Positions 39,967-54,536 of a stretch of 64,000 nt of DNA are shown here, piece by piece. Source of the DNA: the human T2T-CHM13v2.0 reference genome, Homo sapiens. The position numbers and the translations under genes are program-made. The notes beneath the pieces are model-generated. The model ran no database searches and was not told where the DNA came from. It saw nothing but the letters and a program-made list of their open reading frames with translations. Every line of letters begins with the position of its first letter. The stretch's first letter is position 1. The stretch is taken from NCBI RefSeq assembly GCF_009914755.1, contig NC_060925.1; one strand, given 5' to 3'.

Positions 39967-40315
39967 TGTATTAGTCCATTTTCATGCTGCTTATAAAGAC
40001 ATACCCAAGACTGTGAAGAAAAATAAGTTTAATGAACTTACAGTTCCATATGGCTGGGGAGGCCTCACAATCAAGGTGGAAAGCAAAAGGCACTTCTTAC
40101 ATGGTGGCAGCAAAACAGAATGAGAGAGAAGCAAAAGTGGAAACCCCTTATAAAACCTTCAGATCTTGTGAGACTTGTTCACTACCACGAGAACTGTATG
40201 GGGGAAACTGTCCTTATGATTCAACTATCTCCCACTGGATCCCTCCCACAACATGGGAGAATTATGGGAGCTACAAGATGAAATTTGAGTGGGGACATAG
40301 AGCCAAACCATATCA
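39967..40315 (-). mobile_element. THE1 (MaLR) solo LTR
   Basis: tgtattagtcc...gccaaaccatatca termini; perfect 5-bp TSD gggtg (39962-39966 / 40316-40320). Confidence 0.93.
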
Positions 40316-41319
40316 GGGTGGGACTGAGGCAAATATGTATGCCCATCAGAAGGTTGGGTCATAAAGCTGGAGGTCAGATTGATAAGGAGGCCAAGTCTCA
40401 TGGCAGATCACTAATGCTTTGGAGATCTGTGCATGAGCAAGACTTGTCAGTGGGGTCAGTTGCAGTGACCGCACATCATGACGTGGCCTGTAGACAATGA
40501 GCTAGTGCAGTTAACCCACAAGTGGGCAGCAACCTCACCCTGTTAGGCATGATGTCTGGCCAACCCACTGGAGCCACAGGCATTTCCAGCCAGCATTGAG
40601 GTTTGTGAAGGGAAGAGATAACTTTAAATTCAATTCCAAGAAAAGATTTATAAATAAACAGGACTAAGCTTTAAATACTAAATGGAGGCAGTTCTTAAAA
40701 CCACAATATTTAGAAAAATTAAGAAATTAAGCCATGAAGTGGTTAAGGGACCCCTAACTGAGTTAGATAGGAACAACATAGCACAGTTGGTGACCATCAT
40801 TGGAAGAAACAGAAGTTTCAAGTTTATATTCCCAGTGAATTGACACTCACTCCTCAGCCAACCAGGGAGAAATAAATCAGACTTGGATTCAAAGCCCATA
40901 TGCTGTAATGTAAGCTTCTTGAGAGCAGGGGCCACATTTCTGTTAATACTTTCTCTATAATCCCTTACACTTAGATCACTGTTCAATACCTAATCAATGA
41001 TAAATACCTGTTGATCCAAGTTAACTAATCAAATTGCTTTACCCCAGAGGTTGGTAGAATAAATTTTACCTCCGTAGGCATATGTGGAATGGCAGAGCGC
41101 CTGATAACCCTCTTGAATTGGTGGATACCATATTAAAGGTTGTTAAAACAAGGGAACATCATGGGAATGTGTGTTTGGGTCACTTTCAAGGCCTATCCTT
41201 ACATTCTGTCCTCAGGGCCTCACTGCACACTTCCATTTGTACCTGATTTATATAGTTCATGCCTTTTCTTATTACTACTCAGGGCCTCTTTTGAAAAGAG
41301 ACTCCTCTTTTGGCAATTT

Positions 41320-41700
41320 GGTTTCATTCACTTATTAAACAAATATTTTTGAGTGTGTCCTATGTATCAGGCACTGTGCCAGGGAATCAGGAGTAGGTAA
41401 ACCAGTCTGTTGTTATGGCTTAGTGGGAAACACTGGATTAATGACAGAATCTCACAAACAAAGGCATAAACACAAAATGAGGCAAGTGTTATGGTGGAAA
41501 AGAGCCTTACTCCTTGAAAGCACACATGGAGGATACCACCTAGCCTGGGCTGAGGACATCTGGGGCTGAGAGTTGGTAGATGGATAGCAGTTAGCTGGTA
41601 AAGGGAAGTTTGGATGGGATTTGTAGAAGAGCATTGCTCCTAGCACAGGGAACCTCATGTGTAAACATCCTTCAGTGGAAGAGAATACAGCATCTTTGAG
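41320..41700 (-). mobile_element. L2 3' fragment
   Basis: ttcattcacttattaaacaaatatttttgagtgtgtcctatgtatcaggcactgtgccaggg. Confidence 0.7.
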
Positions 41701-41855
41701 GAGCTTATCACTTAGTTCAGGAGTAAATTAGAAGCAAATTAATTCTTGCCTAATTTGACTGTAATGGGGAAAGTACTTGTCTTTGTATTTACCCCTTTTC
41801 AATTTCTCATATACAAAATAGAAAGTGGTTTTTACCTATCTTCTCTCTGAAAACT

Positions 41856-42490
41856 GGCATTAGTCAGGGTTCTTCAGAGTATCAGAACAAATAGGGCAGA
41901 TAGATAGACAGACATAGATAGATAGATGGACAGGCTAATAGACAGGTAGGTAGATAGATAAGAAGAGAATGCCTATTTATTATGGGCATTGGCTTATGGC
42001 AATATGGAGCCGAGAAGTCCCATAATGTGATCTCCAAGCTGGAGAACCAGGAAAGTTGGTGGTGTTATTTAGCCTGAGTCCAAAGGCCTGAGAACCAAGA
42101 GAATGGATGGCATAAGTCCCAGTCTGGGGCTGAAGGCCAGAGAATGGGGAGAGGGAGGGGTGCTGATGGTGTACATCCTGAAGTCTGAAGGCCTGAGAAC
42201 TAGTACCTCTGACGTCTGAGGGCAGGAGAGGACGAATGTCCTAGATCAAGAGGGTCGGGGGAGGGGTATTCACCCTTCTTCTACTTTTTTGTTTTTTCTG
42301 GGCCCTCAAGAGATTGGACAATGCCCACCCACATTGGTGATGGTGGTGTTTCTTTACTCAGTCTGATCCAAATGCTAATCTCTTCCACAAACACCCTCGC
42401 AGACATTCCCCCAAAATATTTCATTAGAGTATCTGATTATCTGGGTATTCCACAGTCCATTCAAATTGACCCATAAAATTAACCATCACA
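41856..42490 (-). mobile_element. MLT2 (ERVL) solo LTR with an internal (GATA/GACA)n
   Basis: cattagtcagggttcttcagag...cataaaattaaccatcaca; near TSD aaact (41851-41855) / aaacc (42491-42495). Confidence 0.88.
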
Positions 42491-43289
42491 AAACCTCTCA
42501 CAGGTGTCTGAAGACATGGCTAAAGGGGCTGAACAATGTCAGCAAAACCATGCCAACTGACTTCAGCTGGACAGGAGATCAGGGAGGGAGGGGGCAGGAA
42601 GAATGGAGGAGAAACACCATCCTTGGCCATGTTTTGCCTATTTATGGGCTACAAATACATCTGATTTTGAAATTTATTGCCAGCATCTATACCATAAGTT
42701 TGAGGGAAGTGTTTTGTAGCACATTCTTCCAGAAACCAATGCTAAAATGGCCTTTTAATCCTGGTCTGGGTTCCTGAGGTGCATTGAGAACTAAGGAGCT
42801 AAGAAGGCATAATTGTCCAGAAAGAGCAAGGAGGGGATCTGGTTCTTGACCGAAGCAAAGCAAAGTTTCCTTTATTAAACACTCAGGGAGGAGAAGAAGA
42901 AGCAGGATGAGAGTAAAATCAATAGAGCACCTACAGGCATTATCACCCTGCCAGAACATCTCAAACTGATTCATCACGTCCTGCTCCATGGAACCTGGCT
43001 ATTGAGAGTACTGTCTCTAGAGAGTATAGCTAATTTCCATGTGAAACAGAGAATGGACTTTACCCAACAGAAATACTGTAATTAAAGGGCAATGGTGGTT
43101 TTGTTGCAAAACAAAATAGAAGATCATATAAAGCTTCAAAAGGGTCATTTACAAGACTGGAATTAAAGCTTGTAGATTTAGCCTTTGTAGGATCCTGAGT
43201 TGCTCTCACCGCTGAAGCCACATTAGATGCTGTGCTTTTGGCTTTCCTCACTCGAGGTCTCTTGCCTTTCCCTTGCATTTATCTCACCA

Positions 43290-44540
43290 AAAGATTCATG
43301 GGGCCAGACAGACCTGCAGGCAAACCTTGGACAGTTCTTAACTACTCTGCACCTCAGTTTCTTTGTAAAGGGAAATAATGTGATAGTCTACGTCGTAGGG
43401 CTATGGTGAGGGTTAATTAATTAATATCTCTAAAGTGCCTAGTATCTGGTGCTCAAATGTAAGCTCCGTGACTACGGTCATTTTTGGTCACTGGTGCCTC
43501 CTCAGCACCTGGAACAGTGCCAGGCACAAAGTAGGTGCTCAAAAAATATCTGAAAATGAATGAATGGCACATAGTTCTCAACAAGCATTACCAGTTGTTA
43601 CATCCCCCTTTAGATTCCAATTCCTTTGATAGAAATGTCTTCTCTTTTACCTGTGCCTTTATAAAATATCTAAAGCAGACCATGGCTCCCTATATCCACT
43701 CTTGCCCTCCTCCAAGCCTAAATCTGATCTTGTCCCTAAATCCTTTAGATGTTTTCCCTATGTCACTATAAAGTTCAATACCATTCAGCTGGTCCACGTG
43801 TACATCATGACTTGGTCCTTGACTACCTCTCATTCTTCATCTGCGGCCCCCTGGTAACAAATCCCCCCTCACCCAACTGCCCGTAATAAAGCAGTTTGTG
43901 CTCCAGTTTTGTTGGGCCAGATATCTTTTCCAATGGGCTATGTCTTTTGGCTTAGGCCTTCAAACATACTATCACTTTCCCTCCAATATTCCTGTGTTCT
44001 CCTTCATCTGATTATCTCTTACTCATTCTTCTGACTTCAAATTAAATGTTTCTTTCACATTTTCATTGATTCCCCAAACTAGGTTAGATACCCATGTTAT
44101 AAGTTTCCATAACACTCCACACACCCCCTTTATATCCTTTAACATATAGATATATTTGATTGGCATTCCTACTTGATCAAATAATCCATGAAAGCTAGGA
44201 CTCTGTTTTGCACATGATGGTGTCCCTACAGCCCAGCCAAGTATGTGGCACTCAACAGGTGCTCACAATATATTAGTAAATAAATGCCAAATGAAGAACA
44301 TATAAAGAGCAAAGGCTTTAGACTCAGGCAGCCCTGGGTACTGATTCTGCCTTCACTACCTGCCAGTTCTGTGATCTTGGCCAAAATGCTTATCTTCAAT
44401 GAGCCCTAATTTTTACCTGTGTAAATAGGAATCATATGACCAATCTCATAAGGTTTGGTAAAGGTTAAATTAGATACAGAATGTATAATACATCAAATAG
44501 TAGCTGGCTCAGAAGACATGCTTAATAAAATTAGTGATAA
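43290..44540 (+). mobile_element. MIR / L2 / MIR cluster
   Basis: MIR cores at ~43290-43470 and ~44300-44540; L2 3' ends at ~43490-43565 and ~43760-44285 (gtgccaggcacaaagtaggtgctcaaaaaat). Confidence 0.6.
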
Positions 44541-45266
44541 TCATTACAATTGTTAACATTGATAATTTGACTAAAGCTGACCTTGAAGATAAGCTACTCA
44601 TCTACCTATCCAGAACAAGTAATACTCAACAAGTAATTAAGAACACCTATTTCCTTTACCGTATTCCTTAGTTAATCACCAATGTTAGGGTGGGCTAAAG
44701 ATATTGGCTTAAGCTTGGAAAATGGAAAAAAGAGGAAAATTATATACAGAAACAATACAATCATAACAGAAATGGTGGACAAAGGTGGCAAAAATGTTCC
44801 ATGGTTGTTTGTAGCCATTCAAAAGTGGGTTTGCAGAAAGAAAGCATTTGAAAGACCTAGAGCTCCATCTTCCTTGCTCTCCCCGTCTCCCTTAGCTACA
44901 GATGCTTCTAAAATGTACTTGCCATGTTCTTTGGCAAGGAGGCCTTCACCTTTGACTAGTGCTATTTCCATACTGTGTGTTCCAGTGTAGTGTTGATCAG
45001 TGAATGGCTGAGAATCTCTGTCTTGATGTTGCCTGTGATCACACATCAAAACCCAATGTTTATTTTTATTGATCAGCTTTTAGAAAACCCCAAAGGTAAG
45101 CAAACACTTTAAACTTGGTAATAGGCATTCAATATTTATCCAGCTTTTTGTTATTACTAGCAACCTGACATTTATTTGAACAACTATTTTTTTAAGAGAA
45201 GTAATTCAGACAAATTGTTGCTTCATGAATGAGTGTGAGTCTGTTGTTGAAAGTTCTCAACATTGA

Positions 45267-45634
<368 letters not shown>

Positions 45635-46230
45635 TCACTGTGGTTTAAGTTACTAGGGTTTCAAAATTCTGTTTGATACATGTGGAATTAAGGTTGTGGT
45701 GTCAATGCTACAATGATTAACACCTTACACTGATAGTGGGCATTTATTTACTGGGCCTTCTTTTGTACTTCCTTTTTTTTGTGGAATTCTTTAAGGTAGG
45801 TAACTTTTAGCCATTTTACAGATGAAGAAAATTGAGTCTCAGCAGTGTTAAGTAATTTCCATTGCATTATATCTCTGGAATTTGATAGAAAATATATGAA
45901 AGAGATTGGTGCAGCTCAGCATCAATGAATGGCTATTTTGCTGAAGGCGTGTATGTTTTTGCACTGTTCATTGTTAACTAATGTAACATTTATACATAGC
46001 TCAGAGAGACTTTGGTTAATTCCACATAACTGACAGAAAGGTAGAAAAGTCCATTTGCAACTAATTTTTGGTCCATAAAATGCCAAAAATGTTGTATGTT
46101 TAAAATGATTTGTATCAACCAGAATATTAACACCATATGGCACCTGAGACAAAGGAGAGAAATGTTGAATATAATTTAAAGACAAGAAATAACCTGAGTG
46201 GTTTCCATGGGAGAAAATGTAGAAAGAAGG

Positions 46231-46530
46231 TGTAGTGGATGCAGTAGTGTTTCCCTCAAATTAATTCCTCCTTGCCCTGCTTAAGGACTGAAGCCCTTGT
46301 TTCCCCAACTGTTGGGAAGGTTGGGAGCCAGCCACTCTGACTTGAGCCTGTCTCTGGGCCTTGTCTCTAGCTGGAGAGGGCCCCCTTGCCCAAGGTAGCA
46401 GCTCCTTTCCCAGGTCAGCCTGCATTCAGTGAATGGTAGATATGGAAGAATAAAAGCTTGATCTGGCCCCAATTTGGGGCAGCACTGAAGGGTCATCAAG
46501 CTCCAGAGCTCTTGTAAGTAAAACTGAGTG
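46231..46530 (+). mobile_element. LTR16-like (ERVL) LTR
   Basis: Starts tgtagtggatgcagtagtg; internal cccccttgcccaaggt...cctgcattcagtgaatgg...tctggccccaatttgggg...gagctcttgta. Confidence 0.6.
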
Positions 46531-47429
46531 AGTGTGTCACCCTCATTGTCATGAGAGGGGCCCATGGACCCACCACCAGCAATGGTAATGCTGTATGGCC
46601 TCCGGGGCCAGTTCAGATTTCATTGCGTCCTTCTCCCTATTATGAACTCAGATGAGATTGGCATAGGCAGCCCATACTCTGTCTTTGAAACAAAGACAGT
46701 TATTTTAGGATGTAGCTCATTTGATGTTTTCTATGGCTTGCCTGCCTGTTTTTAATTCTATTCAGTATATGTACAGTTAGAAATTAATCAGGAGGAACAG
46801 TTAAGCTCCTTTTGGAAGAAAGAGCATAGAGAAACAAAGAGAGTTCTCTCAACTAGAAATTAATTCCACCACTCATCAGCAGTCTCCAGCTGAATTAAAA
46901 CAATCCTCTGAGCAGATTTGGAATACCAGTTCTGGTGCAAAAACCTTTAACTTTCCCTGCAGTGCTTATGCCTTGATGAACATTTTCCTACCCCACATAT
47001 TTAGGGATAGTTCATGCCTGAATTGGGCCTAAAGTTTGAAAACCTCCTTTCTGGCTCCAGAGATGGGTGTATGTCCATACGTTTTGAATTTGGAGGTTAT
47101 CGGGAGCTCTTCCAACTCACTCTGGATAAGGTGGAAAAATCACTTGCAAAAACCACAGCCTTGGAGACATCTGCAAAAGACAGGTCTATGTCCTGCCTGT
47201 TCCTCAGACTCCATATCCTCACTTGGGATCTCTGGCTGACCATTACCCTCTATGCTAGTGACGCTCCCTCTCCAGGCTCTGATCTCTTCCTCTAAATCTT
47301 CTCTCATCCCATTTGAACTCAAAGCTTCTTGAAGAACACTCTCTTTTGGGCTCTCTTTCCTACAGAGTAGAAGAGGCAGTTGTTATGCTGCCCACAATAA
47401 ATTATGGCAAAGTGGAAGTGAACACAATT

Positions 47430-48090
47430 TCTTAGTTCCTCCTATGAGCTAGGCATGGAGCCACATGTTTTTACACACAGTTTCTCATTTTATCTTTTCA
47501 ACAAATCCCTAGGGTAGGAATTATTAATCTTCCCTCTACAGGCTCGGTATCCAAACTCAGAGTTAAATAACTTCTCCAAGGTCATTCAGCTAAGAAACAG
47601 CAGAAGCAGGATTTAGAACTGGGTCTAACTCCAAAGCCTGTGCTCCTTATTAAATGTCCTTGCCCTACTCTCCTTTGTGGAAACCTGAAGTCCATTATTA
47701 CATTTATTCATTTTGTGAAATGTAAACATGACCCAGATTGGTAACACATTAAAAACTACAAAAATCTTATTCTGTTCAGAAGACAAAACAACTCGAATCT
47801 TGTATGGGATCTGCATGACACAGACCACTTACACAAAGACAATGTGTTTTTAGCAACAACTAAGATTTGGCAGCATTTTTGAGCTTAATTACAGAGCCCT
47901 TTCATGTATAGAACTATATTAATCCTTACAGCAAATTGTGGAGTCATTTTATCCTTATCCCAATTTACAAATAATGAAATGGAGAGTGAAAGAGGTTTAA
48001 TAATTTGTCTAAGATCACCATCTAGTCAATGGTCAATCAGGTCTTAGCCTCAGCTCTTCTGACTCTAGATCCTACTCCTGGCATCACACT
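47430..48090 (-). mobile_element. Two MIR SINEs (~47430-47655, ~47890-48090)
   Basis: gttaaataacttctccaaggtcattcagctaag...ggatttagaactgggtctaactccaaagcctgtgct. Confidence 0.7.
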
Positions 48091-48185
48091 CTGTTGATTT
48101 TGAGTGATCTTCAATAATTCATAGGATGGGGAAAAAAAAAGAAGAGCCCTTTCTTCGACTTGCCCCAGTGTTTGACCTTGTCTAA

Positions 48186-48499
<314 letters not shown>

Positions 48500-48649
48500 T
48501 AGAGTATTAATAATGATGAACAAAAAATATCCTGCCATTGATGCTCTTATTCTCATTTTATGAATGCCTAAACTTGTATGTTCTAAACTCTAACCAAACC
48601 AGAATTACTTTCTGGCACAGAGTAGGCACATTACAATATTATTATTATT

Positions 48650-48800
48650 TTAATTTAAACTTTTATTTTAGATATATGGGGTGCATGTACAGGTTTGTTA
48701 CATGGGTATATTGCACCCAGGTAGCGAACATAGTACCTAACAGGTAGTTCAACCCCTAGTCCCCTCTCTTTCTCCCCTCATAGTAGTCCACAGAGTCTAT
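48650..48800 (-). mobile_element. Short L1PA (L1PA12/13-like) 3' end
   Basis: ttttattttagat...catgtacaggtttgttacatgggtatattgcacccaggtagcgaacatagtacctaacaggtag. Confidence 0.85.
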
Positions 48801-51296
48801 GCATTATAATATTGTTATTGTTATTTCACTCCAATCACTCAAGACAACTCCATTCCTGAAGTACCCAGATGACCCGCATTCTATATTCCTCAATTTAGCT
48901 GCTGAAACCTGCTGGAAAAAAGTTTACAATTTTATAGATTTGGAGCCTACAAATTTAGAGTTTTGAATTTCTACCTGGCAATTTTTTATGTATCTCAGGT
49001 GAACTCCCTGAGACAAAGTGAACAAATTCATTGTGGGGTGAGGGGGTGGTTGTGACTTGTTTTTAAACATTTACGACTCTCCTTGAACATCCAGCTCATA
49101 CCCTTCCTCCCCTAAAAACCTCAATCCTCACATCATGCAGTGCACTGTGGCCCTCAGGCCAGGATACCTCCAACTTTGGGCAATCTCGGCCCCAACAAGC
49201 TCAGGTTATCTTCATCTCTTGCTTCTACCTCCCTCCTGCCCACCCACTGCAGTGGAAGAATGTTCCTTTTCCTGTTAAACGTATTGAATTCTGACTCCTT
49301 TAGGGTCCTCTCTCCATTAATCACAATAAGAATAAAAAACACAATAACTGTCAGACAAAAAAGAAAAAAAAGGTACCTGCTACATCGTCTATCTCAACGT
49401 ATCCCTTTATCTCCTTTTTATTCCTCATTCCTTTTTAGCTAAACTACTTGAAATGGTCATTTAAACACCCTCTCCATTGACATTCATCATTAATGGTGTT
49501 CTCAATGTTTGGCAACATTGGCTATGGGATACTGAGAGCTTAGATATTCCTGGCATTACAGGAAGTTTATTACACTAATTGTTGTCTTTAAATCCTGAAA
49601 ACACTATGAATGAGTTATTATTATCTTCATATTGGAAATGAAGAAACTGTCTGAGAGGATGTAATTTGCTCATTGTCACTCCTAGCATGTGGAGGAGCTC
49701 CACTTCCTCTGAATGGCTTTTGTGCCGCCCATCAGCAAACCAAGGTTCATTTGCTGACTTAATCAAGTGACAGTTTTGAAATTTGAATCCAAATTTTCAT
49801 TTGTCTTTTAATTCTATGCTTTTGTTTGCTTGCTTATGTGTTTTTACTATATCAAGCTGCATTTTCCTTATCCTATCTAGAGTGGTGTGTATAGAATTTA
49901 GAATTTTGTCTTTTTAAGAAAACAAGTCTTTTGGAGATAGTTCTTTACATTTGTGTAGACCCTCATGCTTTCCTTTAATACTGATCTCTCTTCTGTTTTC
50001 CAACAGAGCAGATAGACATATCTGAAATAATAGATTAATGATTCACACTTCATCCAAGTTCCTCTGGGAAGTAACAGATAAATATACACTTATTTATAAC
50101 ACAGCTTACAAGTATCTGCAAAGTAGAGGATGCTCTGTCAATATTCTCCAGTCACACATGTGAGAATACCCAGTCCCTGTCTACCTAATACCTATCGGGC
50201 CAGAGAAACTTAGTCTGGGGCATGGATGTGTGCATTTGTCCAAGTGTCTCAGTCCTGATTATGTTCATTACTTGAATGCAGAGTCCCAGACTTTAGAGCC
50301 AGGAATAACTTTAAAGGCTCTTATTCTACCATTTCACAGGTAAGAAGGTTGAGAGGTTCAAAGTGACTTCTAAACCAGTTTTAGAACATCCAGGACTTAA
50401 GCCAGATACTCTGAAAGCAACTGCAGCACTCTTTCATCTTCAGTCACTTGGTATAGCTGAGTCCTGTGTAAAGGGACACATGGCAATTTGGGAGTTCAGA
50501 GATTCAAGCAGTTCCCTCATTGATATGCACCATGTTACTCTTGAGCCAAGCTGATGATTTCCTATTTTCTCAGACTCCCCTGGGGATAGGAAGGTCTGAA
50601 TTCCAGTAAAAGGCTCCTATTCGATTCTGAGTTTTTAATGGAATGTATGCTACCATCCTTGTGAATTGGAAAGAACAAGGGTAACTTTCTGCAGAGTTGA
50701 TGACTTGATGCAGATTACCTTGATATGGGTGTGCTCAGTGAGCCTTGGATCTACAAACCATAACTCTTAGCCACATTCATCATTTTGGTCAATTAATTAA
50801 GCCTCAGCTTAAAAGGGCCATTAATATCTATAGATGTTGCTTGCCAAACTCCAGAATCTTTCTTCACTTGAAAAATATGTTGATCCACCTACAAACTTGG
50901 AGCAGAAAAAAAGAAAAGACCCAAAGAGCTGGCTCATCCTGCAGTCTTGGCCAGCAATGCTCACTGCTGTGAGTTGACTCATGTTCTTGGCTGGGGAGGT
51001 CGATGCCAGTTCAGTGCCCTAGAAACGCTGCTCTCCTACTGTGAAGTTGGGGTCCTGAAAGCCACCAAATGTTTATGCCAGAAAGCTAGGAAACACTGGA
51101 ATAAATTTTTCTAACGTGCTCATCTTCTAGCCCCTTGAATCCCCATTTCTACCTCTAGCCCTTGAATATCTAATAAAAATCCCTGCAGTGTAAATGTTGT
51201 AGTGAAAAGAGGCCTGCAAAAAGAGGCATTTTAATTTTCTTTCTACTCTTTATTATCTGTGAGTCCTTAGTCACATCACATAACCTCCTTGGACTT

Positions 51297-51803
51297 TGTA
51301 TTTATTTTTTTTTATGGCGCTATAAGAAATCACTACAAATTTAGTAGCTTAACACAACATAAATTTATTCTGTCATAGTTCTTGAGGACACAAGTTTGAA
51401 AGTAGCATCACAGTGCTGAAATAAAGATGTTGGCAGGGTTGTGCTCCCTTTGGAGACTCTGGGGTGATTCTATTCTTTGCTTCTTCCAACTTCTGGTGGC
51501 TGCCGGCATTCCTTAGCTGTGGCTGCATCCTTCAAATATTTAAGACCAGTATCTTCAAGTCTCTCTCTGCTTCATCTTCACGCCACATCATTCTCTGTGT
51601 ATCTGTGTGAAAAATCTCCCTCTGCCTCTCTCTTATAGGAAGACATGTGATTTTATTTGGGGGTCCACTTGGCTGATCCAAGATCATCTTCCAATCTCAA
51701 GATTTTTAATTTAATCACACTGACAAAGGTAGCATTTGCCAATTCCAGGGATTGGGAAGCATTAATAGTGTCTCTTGCAGGGAGGCATTTTTCAGCATAC
51801 CAT
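51297..51803 (-). mobile_element. MLT1 (MaLR) LTR
   Basis: gctataagaaatcactacaaatttagtagcttaacacaacataaatttatt...ccttagctgtggctgcatc...ttaatttaatcacac. Confidence 0.8.
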
Positions 51804-52139
51804 AGGCTTCAAATGACTCATTAATTGTATAACAATAACACCGTAACCACTGGAACTATCTTACTTTGAATTCCCTTCCAGCTATGAGATCGAAGATGCT
51901 ATGAATCATATATCAATTGCAAAGTATTCCACATTTCAACACGGCCTAAAAGAAAGCTAATGTGATAGCCTTGGCTGTAACCTGTAGCCATAAAGATATT
52001 CCTGGCTTAATGGACAATTTGTAGATGTTCGTCCCTGAGACCAGTTTTTCACTTTGGGTCCTTATCTTTGCCTCAATGTTGTCCCATTCATTGTATCCAA
52101 AGCCTGGCCATTATTCTCCTGTATAGATGTGTGTCATTG

Positions 52140-52590
52140 ACAGATACAACTGGCTATCTACCAATAATTTGGACTCCCTTCTCCATAGCAAACAGTCTTT
52201 GCTGGGAAGCAGCTACCCAACCAGGGGGCTATATTTCCCAGCACCTTTAAATCTGGGTGTGGCTATGTGTCTAATGGAAGGTGGGTGGGAGCAAAGTCTG
52301 TCATTTGTAGGCCTGGCCTACCTGAAGCTTCCATGTAATCCTTCATACTCTCTTTCCTTGATGGTCCATTCCCTGGATGTATGCTCTTGGAGCAACCTTA
52401 GAAACCATATTTTGAAGATGGAAGAGGTTCCATCAGCACCAGTTCCTGAGTGGGTGCTTTGAGTAAGCCCACAATCCGTTCTCCTACTGATGATTGGACT
52501 TTGGTGCTTTAGAAATAAATTAATGTTGTGTCAAACCATGGGTGCTTTGGAGTTTATCTATTATAAGCAGCTGCCAATCATTTTCAATAC
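52140..52590 (+). mobile_element. Old MLT1 (H/I/J-like) LTR
   Basis: atttcccagcacctttaaatctgggtgtggctatgtg...tttgaagatggaagag...ttggagtttatctattataagcagc. Confidence 0.55.
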
Positions 52591-53152
52591 CATGACTGCC
52601 AATTTATTCCCATTAGCATTAATAAATTGTTAAGATGGCAGCAGAAAGGAGCTTGCAACCTTCCTCAAGTCATAATAGCTAGACTACCTGCATAAGAATC
52701 CCTTGGGTTTCTGCAAATTCCTATATCTCGTTCTAAATAGATGAAATTATGACTGCGGTAGGGGTGATTGTGTGAGTTTTGATGGTAGTAGTGATGGTGT
52801 AGGCTATATTCTGCATTTTAAATCATCTTCTTTGTAATTCTTAAGCATCCTAAATTTTGAGGAATCCAGTTTATAGTGCCTACCCATCACATTTTAAAAG
52901 AGTCCACATTACGTCTCAGGAGCCAGCAATCCTGGAGCAGAGAGAAATGACAGGAGGTTATCTATATACATTGCCTATTTTTAAGAATGGATCTTGTTTT
53001 GAGATTGCATGGGATAACTCATGAGTGGTTTGCTAGGAATATAAATAGATAACCACTTTTCACTTTAATATTGTCCTGCATGGTTCCAACCTTCATTGGA
53101 TATTGGAGGTTTCGTTATAACAAAGTGAAAATATATGTAAATTATAGCTATT

Positions 53153-53330
53153 CCAGGAGTAGGATGAGGGTGAGGTGAGTGAGACACTTGCCTTGGGTGC
53201 AAAAGTTAAGGGAACACCAAAAATCTCAGTAATTGAGGTAAATAAAATTGTAATGCTATATTTTTAAAAATTAAGATTAATGCAAAAATCTATAATGAAA
53301 AAAGTCAAAATTTTAAATAAAGACAGGCAC
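53153..53330 (+). mobile_element. MER96B-like hAT DNA transposon fragment
   Basis: agggtgaggtgagtgagacacttgccttgggtgcaaaagttaaggg...caaaattttaaataaagacagg. Confidence 0.7.
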
Positions 53331-53981
53331 AGTGATTACCAATTGAAGATGGAAAAACTCAAATTAGTGCTTGTATTTTTATAAAGTTGAATTTTGCGCA
53401 GTTACTTCGACTCTCTACCCCAAACTAAAATGTTAGTCAAAAGGAGGAATTTGATGAAGAACATGTCGGTAAATGCCAATGACTTTATTGGCAATTAATG
53501 AATATTTACTAAACACATGTTTCGTTACAGGTGCTGAGAATACAACAATGAACAACACAGATTAAGCCTCTATTTTTATGGAGTGCCCTACAGTTAAATG
53601 ACAGATGTCACTTTTGCTCTCAACTAATTTACTAGCACTACTTAAATGGCTCAATTCAACTATAAGGGAGAAAAGAAATGAAATCCTGCCATGTACCTGG
53701 AGATTGGAGTACAAGAAATACTTGGTAAACAGCACAAATGACCATCACCACAGTGCACTCTTCTCACCACAAAACATTTGGCCCATTCTCTCTCTCACAG
53801 GCAAGGTACTCTCCCATGGGATACAAAGCAAACATTCTACTTAGACATGTCAGGAAGCTGAAATTCTAGAGGCTCTGAATGATGCCAGGCAGTCTCTATA
53901 TCAGACGGCATTTATATCAAGTTTGGATGTGACTTATCTTCATGCAAAGCTCTATGAAATAAAAAAGTAACTTTTATGCCC

Positions 53982-54375
53982 TGTATGGATATCCCAGGGC
54001 TGACATAACAAATAATCACAGATTTGGAGGTTTGAAACAACAGAAATTTATTTTCTCATGGTTCTGACAATGAGGGATCATCAAGGCTGTGCTTCCTCCA
54101 GAGCCTCTAGGGGAAAACCTTTTTTTTGCCTTTTCCAGCCTAGGTACCTCCAAGTGTTCCTTGACTTGTGGCTGCACAACTTCAATATCTGCTTCCATAT
54201 CCACATATCCTTCTCCCCTGTTGCCTGTGTCTGTATCCTTCTGCGTGTCTCTTTTAAGAATACTTGTCTGGATTAAGGAGCCACACAGATAATCCGGGAT
54301 GATCTCATTAAAGATGCATAATTAATTTCATCTGCAAAGGTGTTTTTTCCATAATAAGGTCGCAATCACAGGTTC
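53982..54375 (-). mobile_element. MLT1 (B/C-like) LTR
   Basis: cccagggctgacataacaaataatcacag...ttgaaacaacagaaatttattttctca...atctgcaaag...aataaggtcgcaatcacaggttc. Confidence 0.8.
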
Positions 54376-54399
54376 AGGTTCAGGTTCAGGGATAAAGAT

Positions 54400-54536
54400 G
54401 TGTGCTGACCCTGTGCTTATGTGGGGAGTGGGATGACCTAGTGCTGATGTGGAGAGTGTGATGACTTAGTGCTGAATTGGGGAGTGTGCTGACCCTGTGC
54501 TGATGTAGGAAGTGCAATGACCCTGTGCTTCTGTGG
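54400..54536 (+). repeat. 28-bp minisatellite, ~4.9 diverged copies
   Basis: Consensus gtgtgctgaccctgtgctgatgtgggga; units start at 54400, 54428, 54456, 54484, 54512. Confidence 0.9.

Noticed and set aside
39573-39974. 133-aa ORF
   Set aside because: No recognisable homology; lies in LTR-like sequence and ends inside the THE1 terminus.
54400-54536. 28-bp repeats as a CRISPR-like array
   Set aside because: Units are contiguous with no unique spacers, so this is a minisatellite.
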